Shown here in pieces: positions 21,873 to 31,861 of a stretch of 64,000 bases of DNA (positions within the stretch are counted from its first letter, which is position 1; each line of letters begins with the position of its first letter). Under the pieces are notes generated by a model. That model was not told the origin of the DNA. It made no database searches and was given only the letters and a program-made list of their open reading frames with translations. A program made the position numbers and the translations under genes. This DNA comes from an uncultured Clostridiaceae bacterium (GTDB lineage Bacteria; Bacillota; Clostridia; TANB77; CAG-508), in NCBI GenBank assembly GCA_949927585.1, contig CATLFA010000007.1, positions 3,338 to 67,337 on the forward strand, in the 5' to 3' direction.

Positions 21873-21912
21873 ACGAGGTATCTGTTCGAACTAAATTGAA
21901 CAGACGATACAA

Positions 21913-21942
21913 ATATCATTCTAAAAAGGATGGTATTTTTTT
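21913..21942 (+). terminator. Intrinsic terminator downstream of tRNA-Met
   Basis: ATATCATTC-TAAAAA-GGATGGTAT (with G-U pairs), followed by T6-7. Confidence 0.55.
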
Positions 21943-22119
21943 ATTGCCTCGCATAAGCCCCATGTTATGATGCTACGTCATAACACATAGGGGTTAGGAT
22001 TTGTGGTAAAGCCAAAGTCTTTAAATATAAAATTTTTTAAAGAATGGAGATATTGCAATAGATATTAAATTTTAATATAATAGTAGTTAAATAGATGGGA
22101 ATTATAAGGAGCGATTAAT

Positions 22120-22728
22120 TTGAATAATAAGAAATATGATTTAATAGAGCCTAATAAATATGGAAGATGTTTAACTATAAGATTTAAACAATATGAATAT
22201 AGTGAACCAATAGAGTCTACTAACTGGGTAATAAACAAAAATGGATGTGGACCTACTTCATTAGCTACTATTTTAGCAAGTTTAGGATATGATGAAGACC
22301 CAATTTCTATTTCTAAAAAAATGTTGTTTAATGAGTATGGTTTTTTATCAGATGGTTATTTTAAAGGAATTAATGGAGTATCAATTATATATTGTTTAAA
22401 CAAATTAATAGAAGAAAAAATGGACATAGAATATAAAATAATGAAAGTCAATTACGAGCATCCAGAATTGATGAAGCAAATTATAATAGATATGATAAAA
22501 AATGGCTATATGGCAATAATTGGAGTTGGACCACAACCTAATATATTTGCTCAAGAAGGGCACTATATTGTTATAACAAGTTTGAATAAAGAAAACAATG
22601 AATTTTATATAGCAAACTCTTATCATGAAGGGGATAATCAAATTGATATAACATTTTCATATGAGAAAATTGTAAAAGAAATTTATAGAGATAATTTTGA
22701 TTTTTTAATGATAAGAAAAAAAGCCTAA
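22120..22728 (+). CDS. Papain-like (C39-like) cysteine peptidase domain protein
   Basis: TTG start with an AAGGAG RBS. NGCGPTSLATIL is the candidate Cys nucleophile and EGHYIVITS the candidate His. Confidence 0.7.
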   Translation: MNNKKYDLIEPNKYGRCLTIRFKQYEYSEPIESTNWVINKNGCGPTSLATILASLGYDEDPISISKKMLFNEYGFLSDGYFKGINGVSIIYCLNKLIEEKMDIEYKIMKVNYEHPELMKQIIIDMIKNGYMAIIGVGPQPNIFAQEGHYIVITSLNKENNEFYIANSYHEGDNQIDITFSYEKIVKEIYRDNFDFLMIRKKA

Positions 22729-22767
22729 GATATTTTACAAGTTGTAGATAACTACTCCAACGGTACT

Positions 22768-22795
22768 AAAAAACAGCTTTTCAGCTGTTTTTTTA
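22768..22795. terminator. Bidirectional terminator between the C39-like gene and ftsL
   Basis: AAACAGCT-TTTC-AGCTGTTT, flanked by A- and T-runs. Confidence 0.65.
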
Positions 22796-22871
22796 TTTTA
22801 TCTATCTGTCATTTTCTACTTTTATTTACATACAAATATATATCATCTTATTTATTTTTAATATTATCTTT

Positions 22872-23405
22872 TTATCGTATACTTTCTGTTAAGCCTTTCC
22901 ATATTTTTTGCCATATACTTAATTTTTCTTCTACCTCAACTTCTTCTGCAGCTGGTTCAATATAATCTTTTTTTGGAAGATTTATATATACTTTCTGTTT
23001 ATTTTCTAATTTTTGCATTCCTAATAAATTTTTTGCTTGTTGCTCAACATTATTTAAATTTAAGCTACTTTCTATATTTACTTTTAGCTGTTCATTTTCC
23101 TTTTGTATACTGCTTAATTCCTTTTTTAAGCTTTCTTTTTGGTTAAAGTTTTCTGTAATAAGTGAGTTTCTATAACTAATACCAAATAATATGGCAAAGC
23201 CAATTGCTATATATAATGCAATTTTAACTTTTGGTTTCATTTTTATTTTAGTTTTTACAGCTTGCTTTTTTCTTACATTTTTAGTTGTTGTTTGCTTCTT
23301 TTGTACATATGGATTTTGCTTCTTTTTTATTTTTTCATATTCTGGCTGTATTTTTCTTGGGCTAGTTTCATATTGATACCTACTACTATTGCTTTGGTAT
23401 GCCAT
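22872..23405 (-). CDS. ftsL: Cell division protein FtsL-like (basic N-terminal tail, one TM, coiled coil)
   Basis: It sits immediately downstream of rsmH, has a single TM (IALYIAIGFAILFGI) and then a heptad-rich segment. Confidence 0.7.
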   Translation of the reverse strand: MAYQSNSSRYQYETSPRKIQPEYEKIKKKQNPYVQKKQTTTKNVRKKQAVKTKIKMKPKVKIALYIAIGFAILFGISYRNSLITENFNQKESLKKELSSIQKENEQLKVNIESSLNLNNVEQQAKNLLGMQKLENKQKVYINLPKKDYIEPAAEEVEVEEKLSIWQKIWKGLTESIR

Positions 23406-23429
23406 AGGTTCTCACCTCTTTTCTTTTGA

Positions 23430-24359
23430 TTATATTTTTTCAAAAATTCTTAATTTAGCACTTTTAGACCTTGTATTTCTTTCTAACTCTTCTTTTTTAG
23501 CTATTATTGGTTTTTTATTAATAACTTTTCCATGCGATTTACACCCACATATACAATATGGTAAATCACTTGGACATGTACATATTCCTTCTGCTTCTTT
23601 AAATGCTTTTTTTACTAGTCTATCTTCTAATGAATGGAATGTTATTACACATAACCTTCCTTTAGTGTTTAGCAAATCTATACTATCTTTTATTGTATTA
23701 AATAATGGTTCTATTTCATTGTTTACCTCAATTCTAATTGCTTGAAATGTTCTTTTAGCTGGATGTCCATCTTTTTGCTTTGAAAGTGGTATAGATTTTT
23801 TTATGATTTCAACTAATTCAGTAGTTGTTTCTATTTGTCTTTTTTGCCTTTTATTTATAATATTATTTACTATTTGTTTTGCAAACCTTTCTTCTCCGTA
23901 TTCTTCAAGAATTCTTATTAGTTCTTCCTTAGAATATGTATTTATAACATCTTTTGCAGTAAGTATTTGTGTTTTATCCATTCTCATATCAAGATTTGCT
24001 TCACCCATATAACTAAAGCCTCTTGCTCTTTCATCTAATTGATATGATGAAACTCCTAAGTCTAATAATATACCATCTACTTTTTCTATTTGTAAATTAC
24101 TTAACAAAGTTTTTATATCATCATGATTTCCATGAACATATTTTATATTTTTAAAATCTTTTAGTTTTTTACTTGCTACTTCTAAAGCTTCTTCATCTCT
24201 GTCTATTCCTATAAGTAGACCTTTTGATGATATTTTTTTTATTATTTGGCTGCTATGTCCTGCTCCTCCTAAAGTACCATCTACATATATCCCTTCTGGT
24301 TTTATATTTAGACCTTCTATACATTCATTTAGCATGACTGGTTCATGTTTAAATTCCAC
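23430..24359 (-). CDS. rsmH: 16S rRNA (cytosine1402-N4)-methyltransferase
   Basis: GTG start with an AGGAG RBS. HEPVMLNE, DGTLGGAGHS, DLGVSSYQLD and TFHSLEDR motifs. Confidence 0.95.
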   Translation of the reverse strand: MEFKHEPVMLNECIEGLNIKPEGIYVDGTLGGAGHSSQIIKKISSKGLLIGIDRDEEALEVASKKLKDFKNIKYVHGNHDDIKTLLSNLQIEKVDGILLDLGVSSYQLDERARGFSYMGEANLDMRMDKTQILTAKDVINTYSKEELIRILEEYGEERFAKQIVNNIINKRQKRQIETTTELVEIIKKSIPLSKQKDGHPAKRTFQAIRIEVNNEIEPLFNTIKDSIDLLNTKGRLCVITFHSLEDRLVKKAFKEAEGICTCPSDLPYCICGCKSHGKVINKKPIIAKKEELERNTRSKSAKLRIFEKI

Positions 24360-24447
24360 TTTTTTCTCCTAAACTTATATTTTATAGGCTCTAAATAGCA
24401 CGAGCAGTTGGTATATTTTTTTGTACCAACTGTCATGCCATTATTGT

Positions 24448-24634
24448 TCTTTTGTTATTTATAAGCTTTTCTTTTGTATATTTATACTTTTACTTTTGTA
24501 AGCTAATAAATATCTTTTGATGTTTTTAAATCTTTTGTGGATTATAAATCCTTTGTTTTTAAACTTAAATTTTTATCTTTTGTATACTAAGTTTTTATCT
24601 TTTGTATTTCTGCTTTTTTAAACTTTTCTTTTGT
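24448..24634. repeat. Array of nine direct repeats (T[C/A]TTTTGT core) in the mraZ-rsmH spacer
   Basis: Cores start at 24448, 24470, 24492, 24513, 24531, 24549, 24576, 24598 and 24627, spaced 18-29 bp and most often 22 bp. The extended consensus is TTATCTTTTGTAT. On the coding strand it reads TACAAAAGA. Confidence 0.75.
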
Positions 24635-24674
24635 AAATTTATTTTTAGGAAATTTCTTTCCTTAAAAACCTGTT

Positions 24675-25100
24675 TTATATTCCTAGCATTGTCATATTCT
24701 CTGCTATTTCATCTGCTGAAATTTCTCCATCACATTTTTCCCAAGTAGCTTTGTCCCAAATTTCAAGTCTTGTTCCTACTCCAATTATAACTGCTTCTTT
24801 TTCAAGATTTGCAGCAACCCTTAAATTGTTTGGAATTAGAAATCTTCCTTGTTTATCTATTTCACATTCTGTCGCTCCTGATAAGAAAAATCTTACGAAG
24901 TTTCTAGCATTTTTGTCTGAAAGTGGAAGTGCTTTTAATTTTGTCTCAAAATTCAACCATTCATTTTGTGAAAACGCAAATAAACATCCATCTAAACCTT
25001 TTGTAACGATGAACTTCTCTCCCATGTCTATTCTTAATTTTGCTGGCATTATCAACCTACCTTTAACATCTAAAGAGTGTTCATATTCACCTATTAACAA
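24675..25100 (-). CDS. mraZ: Transcriptional regulator MraZ
   Basis: (M)[15 protein letters not shown]...[13 protein letters not shown] shows the two SpoVT/AbrB-like halves. I place the start at TTG 25100 because GGAGGTGA lies upstream. Confidence 0.9.
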   Translation of the reverse strand: MLIGEYEHSLDVKGRLIMPAKLRIDMGEKFIVTKGLDGCLFAFSQNEWLNFETKLKALPLSDKNARNFVRFFLSGATECEIDKQGRFLIPNNLRVAANLEKEAVIIGVGTRLEIWDKATWEKCDGEISADEIAENMTMLGI

Positions 25101-25113
25101 TTGAATTTCACCT

Positions 25114-25153
25114 CCCACATTTTCACCACTTCGTACCACTTTGTTCCACTTTT
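25114..25153 (-). promoter_or_regulatory. Probable MraZ operator: four direct AAAGTGG-type boxes with 10-bp periodicity
   Basis: The minus strand reads AAAAGTGGAAC-AAAGTGGTAC-GAAGTGGTGA-AAATGTGGG, immediately upstream of the mraZ RBS. This matches the AAAGTG[T/G] direct-repeat operators described for MraZ in Mollicutes and Firmicutes. Confidence 0.6.
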
Positions 25154-25253
25154 CTTAAATTTTAATATAATAATATAAAAAAAGCAATAGTTTTTGAAAA
25201 AATTTTATATTTTTTTCAAACTATTGCTTTTATATATTTCATATTATCATGTT

Positions 25254-26027
25254 TTATTTAATCTCTTTAGCTTTTACTGCAAGTCTTTTTTGTCCATATT
25301 CTTTACAAGTAATTAATGTGATTTCTTTTCTTCCACCTGTTAATTGACTTGTACATGATGTATCTGTTGGTTCTATTACACGTCTATCATACACTTCATA
25401 TTTTACAGTTTCACCTGTTAAATAACTTTTAAGTTCTATTATATCTCCATCTGTTATTGCTGGTAAGTTTCCAAACATTTTACCACTTTTATAATTATGC
25501 CCTACTATACAGTAGTTTCCTACTTCATTTGGTTTTGGCCCCCAATATTTATTTACTGATACCTTTAAAAGTTCTTCTGACCACTCTGCTATTACAGGAT
25601 AGTCTATTCCCAATCTTGGTATTGTAATTTGCGCTTCTACCAAATATTCTATTCCATTTGCTGCGGTATATTTTAATGCTTCTTGTTCTGGATTACTTTG
25701 TATTATTTTTTTATCATCTTCTTCATCGTCATCTAGTGCTACTACAATCATTCCGTCATACTCTTTTATTGTATTATCTTTACTTGTATTTTCTGTTTTT
25801 AATGTTGTATTTTCAATAACTTTATTATCTTTAATATTTTCTATTCCTGCTAGTATCTCTCTTGATACTTCTTCACTCTTATTTCTATCATATTCTGCAT
25901 ATATGTAATAAGAAAATAATAGGCACACTAATAACACAGATAAAAAGAATTGAAATTTATACATCTTCTTTTTTCTGCGAAGTTCTGGTGTGATATACAA
26001 TTTCTCAGTTACAAGAATTTGATTCAT
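25254..26027 (-). CDS. Sortase family transpeptidase
   Basis: N-terminal TM, the His block IVGHN, the catalytic TLITC motif and a C-terminal Arg. Confidence 0.85.
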   Translation of the reverse strand: MNQILVTEKLYITPELRRKKKMYKFQFFLSVLLVCLLFSYYIYAEYDRNKSEEVSREILAGIENIKDNKVIENTTLKTENTSKDNTIKEYDGMIVVALDDDEEDDKKIIQSNPEQEALKYTAANGIEYLVEAQITIPRLGIDYPVIAEWSEELLKVSVNKYWGPKPNEVGNYCIVGHNYKSGKMFGNLPAITDGDIIELKSYLTGETVKYEVYDRRVIEPTDTSCTSQLTGGRKEITLITCKEYGQKRLAVKAKEIK

Positions 26028-26113
26028 ACTATTCTCCTATCTTATCAGTATAATATAATTATAACATATTAGTTAAGTTATTTTCAATAATCTTATTAAT
26101 TTGTAATATAAAT

Positions 26114-26968
26114 TTAATATAAACTTTTATTATATTCATTTGTAAGATTTGCAAAATCTTGCATGCTTAAGTTTTCTCCTCTAGTCTTTTCATTTAGTCC
26201 TACTTTATATAATAAACTTTTGCATTCTTCTTTTCCCATAATCCCACTATTAGTTATACCATTTATTAATGTTTTTCTTCTTTGCATAAATGATGCTTTT
26301 ATAAATTTAAAAAATAACTCTTCATTTTCAATTTTTACTGCTGGTTCTCTCCTTAATTTTAGCTTAATTACTTCAGATTCAACTTCTGGCTCTGGTATAA
26401 AGCTTGAATTTGGAACAATAATTATTTCTTCTGGATTACAATAATAGTTAACTGAATATGTTATAGCTCCACTTAACTTATCTCCTGGTTTTGCTGTAAG
26501 CCTTTTTGCCACTTCCTTTTGTACCATTACTGTTATGCTTTCTATTTGTAATTTATCTTCTAATAGTTTCATAATAATTGGCGTTGTTATATAATATGGT
26601 AAATTTGCTACTACTTTTACATTTTGTATTTTGTTTTTATTAATTAATTCTTGTAAATTCACCTTTAATATATCTTCATTTATGAGTTCAAAATTCTCAT
26701 ATAATGAAAATCTATCATTTAATATATTAATCATTCTATTATCTAACTCTACTGCTATAACTTTTTTTGCTTTTTGTAATAGCCTAGAAGTTAATGTTCC
26801 AAGTCCTGGACCAATTTCTATAATTAAATCATTACTTCCAACTTGTGCTGCTTCTACTATACTTTCTATAACATTATCATCTATCAAAAAGTTCTGCCCT
26901 AAACTTTTACTTGCAGAAATATTATATTTTTTTAATATGAACATTGTTTGCTTATATGCACTTTCCAT
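26114..26968 (-). CDS. rsmA: 16S rRNA (adenine1518/1519-N6)-dimethyltransferase
   Basis: GQNFLID, EIGPGLGTLT and NLPYYITTPI motifs. Confidence 0.95.
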   Translation of the reverse strand: MESAYKQTMFILKKYNISASKSLGQNFLIDDNVIESIVEAAQVGSNDLIIEIGPGLGTLTSRLLQKAKKVIAVELDNRMINILNDRFSLYENFELINEDILKVNLQELINKNKIQNVKVVANLPYYITTPIIMKLLEDKLQIESITVMVQKEVAKRLTAKPGDKLSGAITYSVNYYCNPEEIIIVPNSSFIPEPEVESEVIKLKLRREPAVKIENEELFFKFIKASFMQRRKTLINGITNSGIMGKEECKSLLYKVGLNEKTRGENLSMQDFANLTNEYNKSLY

Positions 26969-27096
26969 TTTTTCTCCTATTCCTTTGATTTTACTAATAT
27001 CTATTATATTATATTTATTGAGGTTTGTCTATTGATTTTTCCACATGTTTAATATAAAATGTTTATAATAAATCATAGTATAAAGTTGGTGAATAA

Positions 27097-29388
27097 ATGG
27101 ATAAAAATAATAATCGTTCTAATAGAACTAATAATAAAGTTATATCTAAAATAAATAAAAAGAAAGAGGCTATGAATAAACCTGTTAATTCTAAAAGGTT
27201 AATTTATATTGTTTTATTTATTGCAGTATTATTGCTTATTTTAATAATACGTATTGCTTATTTTCAATTTATTAAAGGTGGAGAACTAAGAGAATCTGCT
27301 AGTAGGCAACAAGCAACTAGTAGAATTATAAGTCCTAATAGAGGAGCAATTTATGATTCATCTGGTAAGGTTTTGGCTCAAAGTGCTAGTGTCGATACAA
27401 TTACTATAAACCCCTCAAAGATAAAGAATAACATAAAGGATGTTGAAGATAGAAAAGAGAAAGAAAAAGAAGAGCAAAAGTTACAAGAAAAGCTTGCTAA
27501 AGCTTTTGCAGACATTTTTGAATTAGATTATAATGAAGTTTTAGAAAAAGTAACTAGTAACTCTTCCATAGAAACAATTGTTAAAAAAGTAGAACAAGAT
27601 AAAGTAAATGAATTAAAAGATTGGATGAAGGAAAACAAAGTATCTGCTGGAATAAATATAGATCCTGATGTGAAAAGATATTACCCTTATGGGAACTTAG
27701 TTTCTGGTTTAATTGGATTTTGTGATACAGATAATAATGGTCAAGAAGGTATAGAACTTAAATGGAATAATGTTCTTAGTGGCACTCCTGGAAGAATAAC
27801 AACAATAGAAAATGCTTCTTCTGGTCTTATCCCTGATAAAAATGAAACTTATGTTGCTGCTGAAAATGGAAGTAATATTACTCTTACAATAGATGCTACT
27901 ATTCAAAGTGTTGTTGAAAAATATTTAAAACAAGCATGTATAGAAAATGATTGTAAAAATGGTGGCACTGCTATTATAATGAATCCTTCTACTGGTGATA
28001 TTCTAGCAATGGCTACATACCCTGATTATGATTTAAATAATCCACGTATGCCTAACGAACTACTTGCACCTACTTGGGATAGTTTATCTTCTGAAGAGCA
28101 AATGAATTCTTTATATAAGATGTGGAGAAATAAATGTGTATCTGATACATATGAACCTGGTTCAACATTTAAAATTATAACTGCTGCCGTTGGTTTAGAA
28201 GAAAATATTTCTGAAACTGATACTCAAAATGAATTTTTATGTGTTGGGCATGAAATTGTTAATGGTATAAAAATTAATTGTTGGAAATATCAAACTACCC
28301 ATGGTTACCAAACTTTAAGGCAATCTTTGATGAATTCTTGTAACCCTGCCTTAATGCAATTAGGCAAAAAGATTGGCGCAACTACTTTATATAAATATTA
28401 TAAAGCTTTCGGATTATTTGACAAAACTGGAATTGCCACTTCTGGTGAATCTAACAGTGTATTTTGGGACGCAGATACAGTAGGAAATGTAGAACTTGCC
28501 ACAATGTCATTCGGACAGAGGTTTAGAGTAACACCTATTCAGTTAATTAGTGCAATATCTTGTGTTGTAAATGATGGTGTTTTATATGAGCCACGTATTG
28601 TTAAAGAAATTCAGAACACTGACACTGGAGCTATTACAACAATAGAACCTGTAAAAGTAAGACAAGTTATTTCATCTGAAACTTCTAGTAAAATGCTTGA
28701 TATGTTACAATCAGTTGTTAGTGATGGAACTGGATATTTAGGTGCTGTAAAGGGTTATTCTATTTCTGGTAAAACTGGTACTTCAGAACCTGATGGTATA
28801 ATTGGATATGTAGCTTCATTTGTAGGAATTGCACCTAGTGAAAATCCTGAACTTGTATGTTTAGTTACTTTATATAATCCTCAAGGTCCTAAAGGTCATC
28901 AAGGTGGAACAATTGCAGCTCCTGTTGTATCTCAAATATTCTCAGAAGTATTACCTTATATAGGAGTTCCTTCTGATGATTCATCTACTGACACTTCATC
29001 ATATATTACTTTATTAGATGTTAGAAATAAAACTATTGCTGAAGCCAAGAAAATATTAGAATCTTTAAGATTAACTACTATTATATCTGGAAGTGATACC
29101 TCTGCAATAGTAACTGACCAAGTTCCAAAGCCTGGAACACAATTAATACCAGGATCAACAGTTAACCTATATTCTACTGGAAATGATACAAGAACTTCAG
29201 TTACTGTTCCTAATTTAAAAGATATGAACCTTTCACAAGCTAAAAATGCTTTAAAGGCAAAGAATTTAAATATTAATATTACTGGTTCTGGCACAGTAGT
29301 TTCACAAACTCCTATGGCTGGAACAACAGTTGAAGAAGGAACTATTATAAATATAACTTTGCAACAACGCACAACTGAAGCACATTAG
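27097..29388 (+). CDS. Class B penicillin-binding protein (FtsI/SpoVD-like) with two C-terminal PASTA domains
   Basis: GSTFK, SCN and KTGTS transpeptidase motifs. The two PASTA-like repeats are LLDVRNKTIAEAKKILESL... and VPNLKDMNLSQAKNALKAK.... Confidence 0.9.
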   Translation: MDKNNNRSNRTNNKVISKINKKKEAMNKPVNSKRLIYIVLFIAVLLLILIIRIAYFQFIKGGELRESASRQQATSRIISPNRGAIYDSSGKVLAQSASVDTITINPSKIKNNIKDVEDRKEKEKEEQKLQEKLAKAFADIFELDYNEVLEKVTSNSSIETIVKKVEQDKVNELKDWMKENKVSAGINIDPDVKRYYPYGNLVSGLIGFCDTDNNGQEGIELKWNNVLSGTPGRITTIENASSGLIPDKNETYVAAENGSNITLTIDATIQSVVEKYLKQACIENDCKNGGTAIIMNPSTGDILAMATYPDYDLNNPRMPNELLAPTWDSLSSEEQMNSLYKMWRNKCVSDTYEPGSTFKIITAAVGLEENISETDTQNEFLCVGHEIVNGIKINCWKYQTTHGYQTLRQSLMNSCNPALMQLGKKIGATTLYKYYKAFGLFDKTGIATSGESNSVFWDADTVGNVELATMSFGQRFRVTPIQLISAISCVVNDGVLYEPRIVKEIQNTDTGAITTIEPVKVRQVISSETSSKMLDMLQSVVSDGTGYLGAVKGYSISGKTGTSEPDGIIGYVASFVGIAPSENPELVCLVTLYNPQGPKGHQGGTIAAPVVSQIFSEVLPYIGVPSDDSSTDTSSYITLLDVRNKTIAEAKKILESLRLTTIISGSDTSAIVTDQVPKPGTQLIPGSTVNLYSTGNDTRTSVTVPNLKDMNLSQAKNALKAKNLNINITGSGTVVSQTPMAGTTVEEGTIINITLQQRTTEAH

Positions 29389-29401
29389 AAAAAATATAAA
29401 G

Positions 29402-29459
29402 AATTAGGACGTGACAAAAAGTTCCTTCCAAGAATGAAACTTTTTGTCACGTCCTAATT
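29402..29459. terminator. Long perfect hairpin terminator after the PBP gene
   Basis: AATTAGGACGTGACAAAAAGTT ... AACTTTTTGTCACGTCCTAATT, followed by a T-rich tract. Confidence 0.7.
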
Positions 29460-29466
29460 CTTTTCC

Positions 29467-29495
29467 TTGACATCTTTCTTAAAAAATGTTATTAT
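29467..29495 (+). promoter_or_regulatory. Sigma-A promoter (extended -10) of tRNA-Glu
   Basis: TTGACA (29467-29472), a 17-nt spacer ending in TGT, then TATTAT (29490-29495). Confidence 0.6.
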
Positions 29496-29512
29496 AAATA
29501 AGTAAATTATAA

Positions 29513-29587
29513 GGCCCCTTGGTCAAGCGGTTAAGACGCAGCCCTCTCAAGGCTGAATCATGGGTTCGATTCCCGTAGGGGTCACCA
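29513..29587 (+). tRNA. tRNA-Glu (anticodon CUC)
   Basis: GGCCCCT acceptor, GTCAAGCGGTTAAGAC D-arm, and anticodon stem-loop CAGCC-CTCTCAA-GGCTG. The T-arm is GGGTTCGATTCCC and CCA is encoded. The backbone resembles Firmicute tRNA-Glu. Confidence 0.9.
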
Positions 29588-29664
29588 AAACGTTCCAAAA
29601 ACCAAAATGTATTTCTTTGTAGGAGGCTTTGCAGTAAGCCTACCACTGAAATTGGATAAAATTA

Positions 29665-29694
29665 AAACTCACTGATTTTACAAGTGAGTTTTTT
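29665..29694 (+). terminator. Intrinsic terminator downstream of tRNA-Glu
   Basis: AAACTCACT-GATTTTACA-AGTGAGTTT, followed by a T-run. Confidence 0.65.
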
Positions 29695-29983
29695 CATTTA
29701 CTTGATTATTAAGTTTCTCAAAACTAAAAACATTTCAACATTTTACATTTACTACTATTATTTTCTCGTGTGTATTTCCTCTAATCTAATTCTTATAACT
29801 TAATATATGTATGTATTTATTGTATTAGATTTTATATGTCCGCTTCTTGCTGTTATTCTTATCGTTATTGTTGTTTATTCCTCTTTAAGAGTTTTTTATT
29901 TATTTACTGGGAAAGGTCACGCTTGAAATTAGAAAAGTGACTTCTGCTCCTTATGAACTGTTATTGTATTATTGACAGATTTT

Positions 29984-31693
29984 TTATGGTTTATAATCTA
30001 TTGTACCAATATCAATATATGTGTATCCATCCTCCGAAACTGTTTTATTAGCCTCATATAAATTAATATTTTTATTATATATTTCAATATTTTCAGAATA
30101 GTTATTAAGTACTATTTTTATGTTTACACTTTTTCTTCCTTTAGCATAAAATGTTTCACTAGACATATTAGGAAAATAATAAGCTGAATATTTTTTATCA
30201 TCTACATATACTTTTACATAATTAACTAATTCTTTAGTATTAATTACAAAGTAAATGCTAATTCCACTTTCTGAATACTGGTTAGCTTCTAAATACACTC
30301 TATCATACTCAGAATAATAATCTTTTTTATCTATAATGTTGGTAATAATAGATTTTCCAGCATTAGGATTATCAAATGCTACCTGTTTTGTATTACTAGT
30401 TATAGAATATTCCAATCCAAGAGATTTTAATTTATTTATAGCTTCTGCTACTGTCAAATCAACAAGATTTGGTAACTTTATTTGTTCAAGAGTAGTGTTA
30501 GTATCATTATTATTGTTACTATTATTATTATTGGTATAGTTATTATTGTTGCTAGAAGTTATATTATTGGTATTTTTGTTCATAGCACTTGTGTTTTCAG
30601 TTTCTTTGTTATTCAAATTAGAAGAACTTTCTATTTGTTCGGTTATATTATCCAATTCAAGAGCATTTATATTAAATTCTTTGCCATTTTCAGTAATATA
30701 GTCTATAACTTTTGTATTTTCTTGTTCATTTTCTTTATTTTCTATTAAATTATTAGTTTCTATATTTTCTTTTGAATTATTAGCTTTTGGGAATATTGAA
30801 TTTAGGTTTATTGAGAATATAACTCCTACTAAAATAATAATTGGTATAATGGCTAATATTATTCTTGATGTTTTTTTATTTTCTTTGTCCTTACAGTATT
30901 CCTTATTTATTGTTTTACCTAGATTTGTATCATTACTATAAAATCCATATTTTTCATTAATTGTTCTGCTGTCTGCTTTCTGATTCTTTGGATTTTCTGG
31001 GTCATCATCTGCATAATAGTTTCCTAATTCATCTTCATATAATTCTTCTTCATCTTCGTCTTCATCGTAATCATCTTCATTTAAGAAGCTAAAGTCTGGG
31101 TCAGATTTAAATCTTGTAACAAATTTCTTAGATCTCAATTTATTCTCAACAACTCCAAGTATTTGAAGATATCTTCCTGACATTCCTGATATTTCTGGGT
31201 CTCCTCTATGTGAATATATCGCATAAAGTATCCACCAGATAACTCCAAATACAAAGAATAATATCATACCAAGCATACCACCACCTTCATAGAATGGTTT
31301 AAGCAATTCTGGAACTGTTTCTGCTGAATCAAAGAAACATGTTCCTATACCAAGACATGCACTTCCTAATGAACCTAATCCAAATAACCATACTAAAAAT
31401 CTAAAGAATGCTATTTTACTTCTTAAACTTCTTACTGCTCCATTATAAAGTTTATTATAATCAAAATAATTTTGTTTTAATTGTTCATATGTTGCATTTC
31501 TAATATTCTTCTTTGTTAATTCAACAATTTCTTCTGTTTGTACATCAAATAATGCTTGATTTCTTTCTGCTTGTGCTAGTCCTTGTGCATATCCATCATA
31601 TAATACATGGTCTAACCTTTGTGGAATACCTGTTGTCTCATATTCATAATCTTGTACTATTCTTTTTAATCCTTCTTCTGTTTTATTATTCAT
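29984..31693 (-). CDS. Multi-pass membrane protein with an acidic loop, an Asn-rich linker and a PASTA-like extracellular module
   Basis: I place the start at MNNKTEEGL (GAGGAG RBS). It has three TM segments, the low-complexity run NNNNYTNNNNSNNNND, and LPNLVDLTVAEAINKLKSLGLEY, which resembles PASTA. Confidence 0.7.
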   Translation of the reverse strand: MNNKTEEGLKRIVQDYEYETTGIPQRLDHVLYDGYAQGLAQAERNQALFDVQTEEIVELTKKNIRNATYEQLKQNYFDYNKLYNGAVRSLRSKIAFFRFLVWLFGLGSLGSACLGIGTCFFDSAETVPELLKPFYEGGGMLGMILFFVFGVIWWILYAIYSHRGDPEISGMSGRYLQILGVVENKLRSKKFVTRFKSDPDFSFLNEDDYDEDEDEEELYEDELGNYYADDDPENPKNQKADSRTINEKYGFYSNDTNLGKTINKEYCKDKENKKTSRIILAIIPIIILVGVIFSINLNSIFPKANNSKENIETNNLIENKENEQENTKVIDYITENGKEFNINALELDNITEQIESSSNLNNKETENTSAMNKNTNNITSSNNNNYTNNNNSNNNNDTNTTLEQIKLPNLVDLTVAEAINKLKSLGLEYSITSNTKQVAFDNPNAGKSIITNIIDKKDYYSEYDRVYLEANQYSESGISIYFVINTKELVNYVKVYVDDKKYSAYYFPNMSSETFYAKGRKSVNIKIVLNNYSENIEIYNKNINLYEANKTVSEDGYTYIDIGTIDYKP

Positions 31694-31861
31694 AATTTTC
31701 TCCTCTTTACCTTGTATTCTTGTCAATATCACAGATAATTACTAAATCACATTTATTGTACTATACCTACTTTATTAAATCAAGTATTATCTATATTTAT
31801 TAAAGTATTGTTTTCTTATATTAAATTACTATTTTGTGTAAAATTCCTCATAGGTGATAAT

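Noticed and set aside
21950-22020. A GC-rich imperfect hairpin (CCCCATGTTATGA...TCATAACACATAGGGG) after tRNA-Met, as a possible att site or ncRNA.
   Set aside because: No repeat of the tRNA 3' end and no partner site was found in the window. There is too little evidence for any call.
24528-24545. A DnaA-box-like sequence (TAATCCACA on the minus strand) in the mraZ-rsmH spacer, as a hint of an origin.
   Set aside because: It is a single 8-of-9 match that overlaps one of the nine TCTTTTGT repeats. There is no cluster of boxes and no dnaA or dnaN context.
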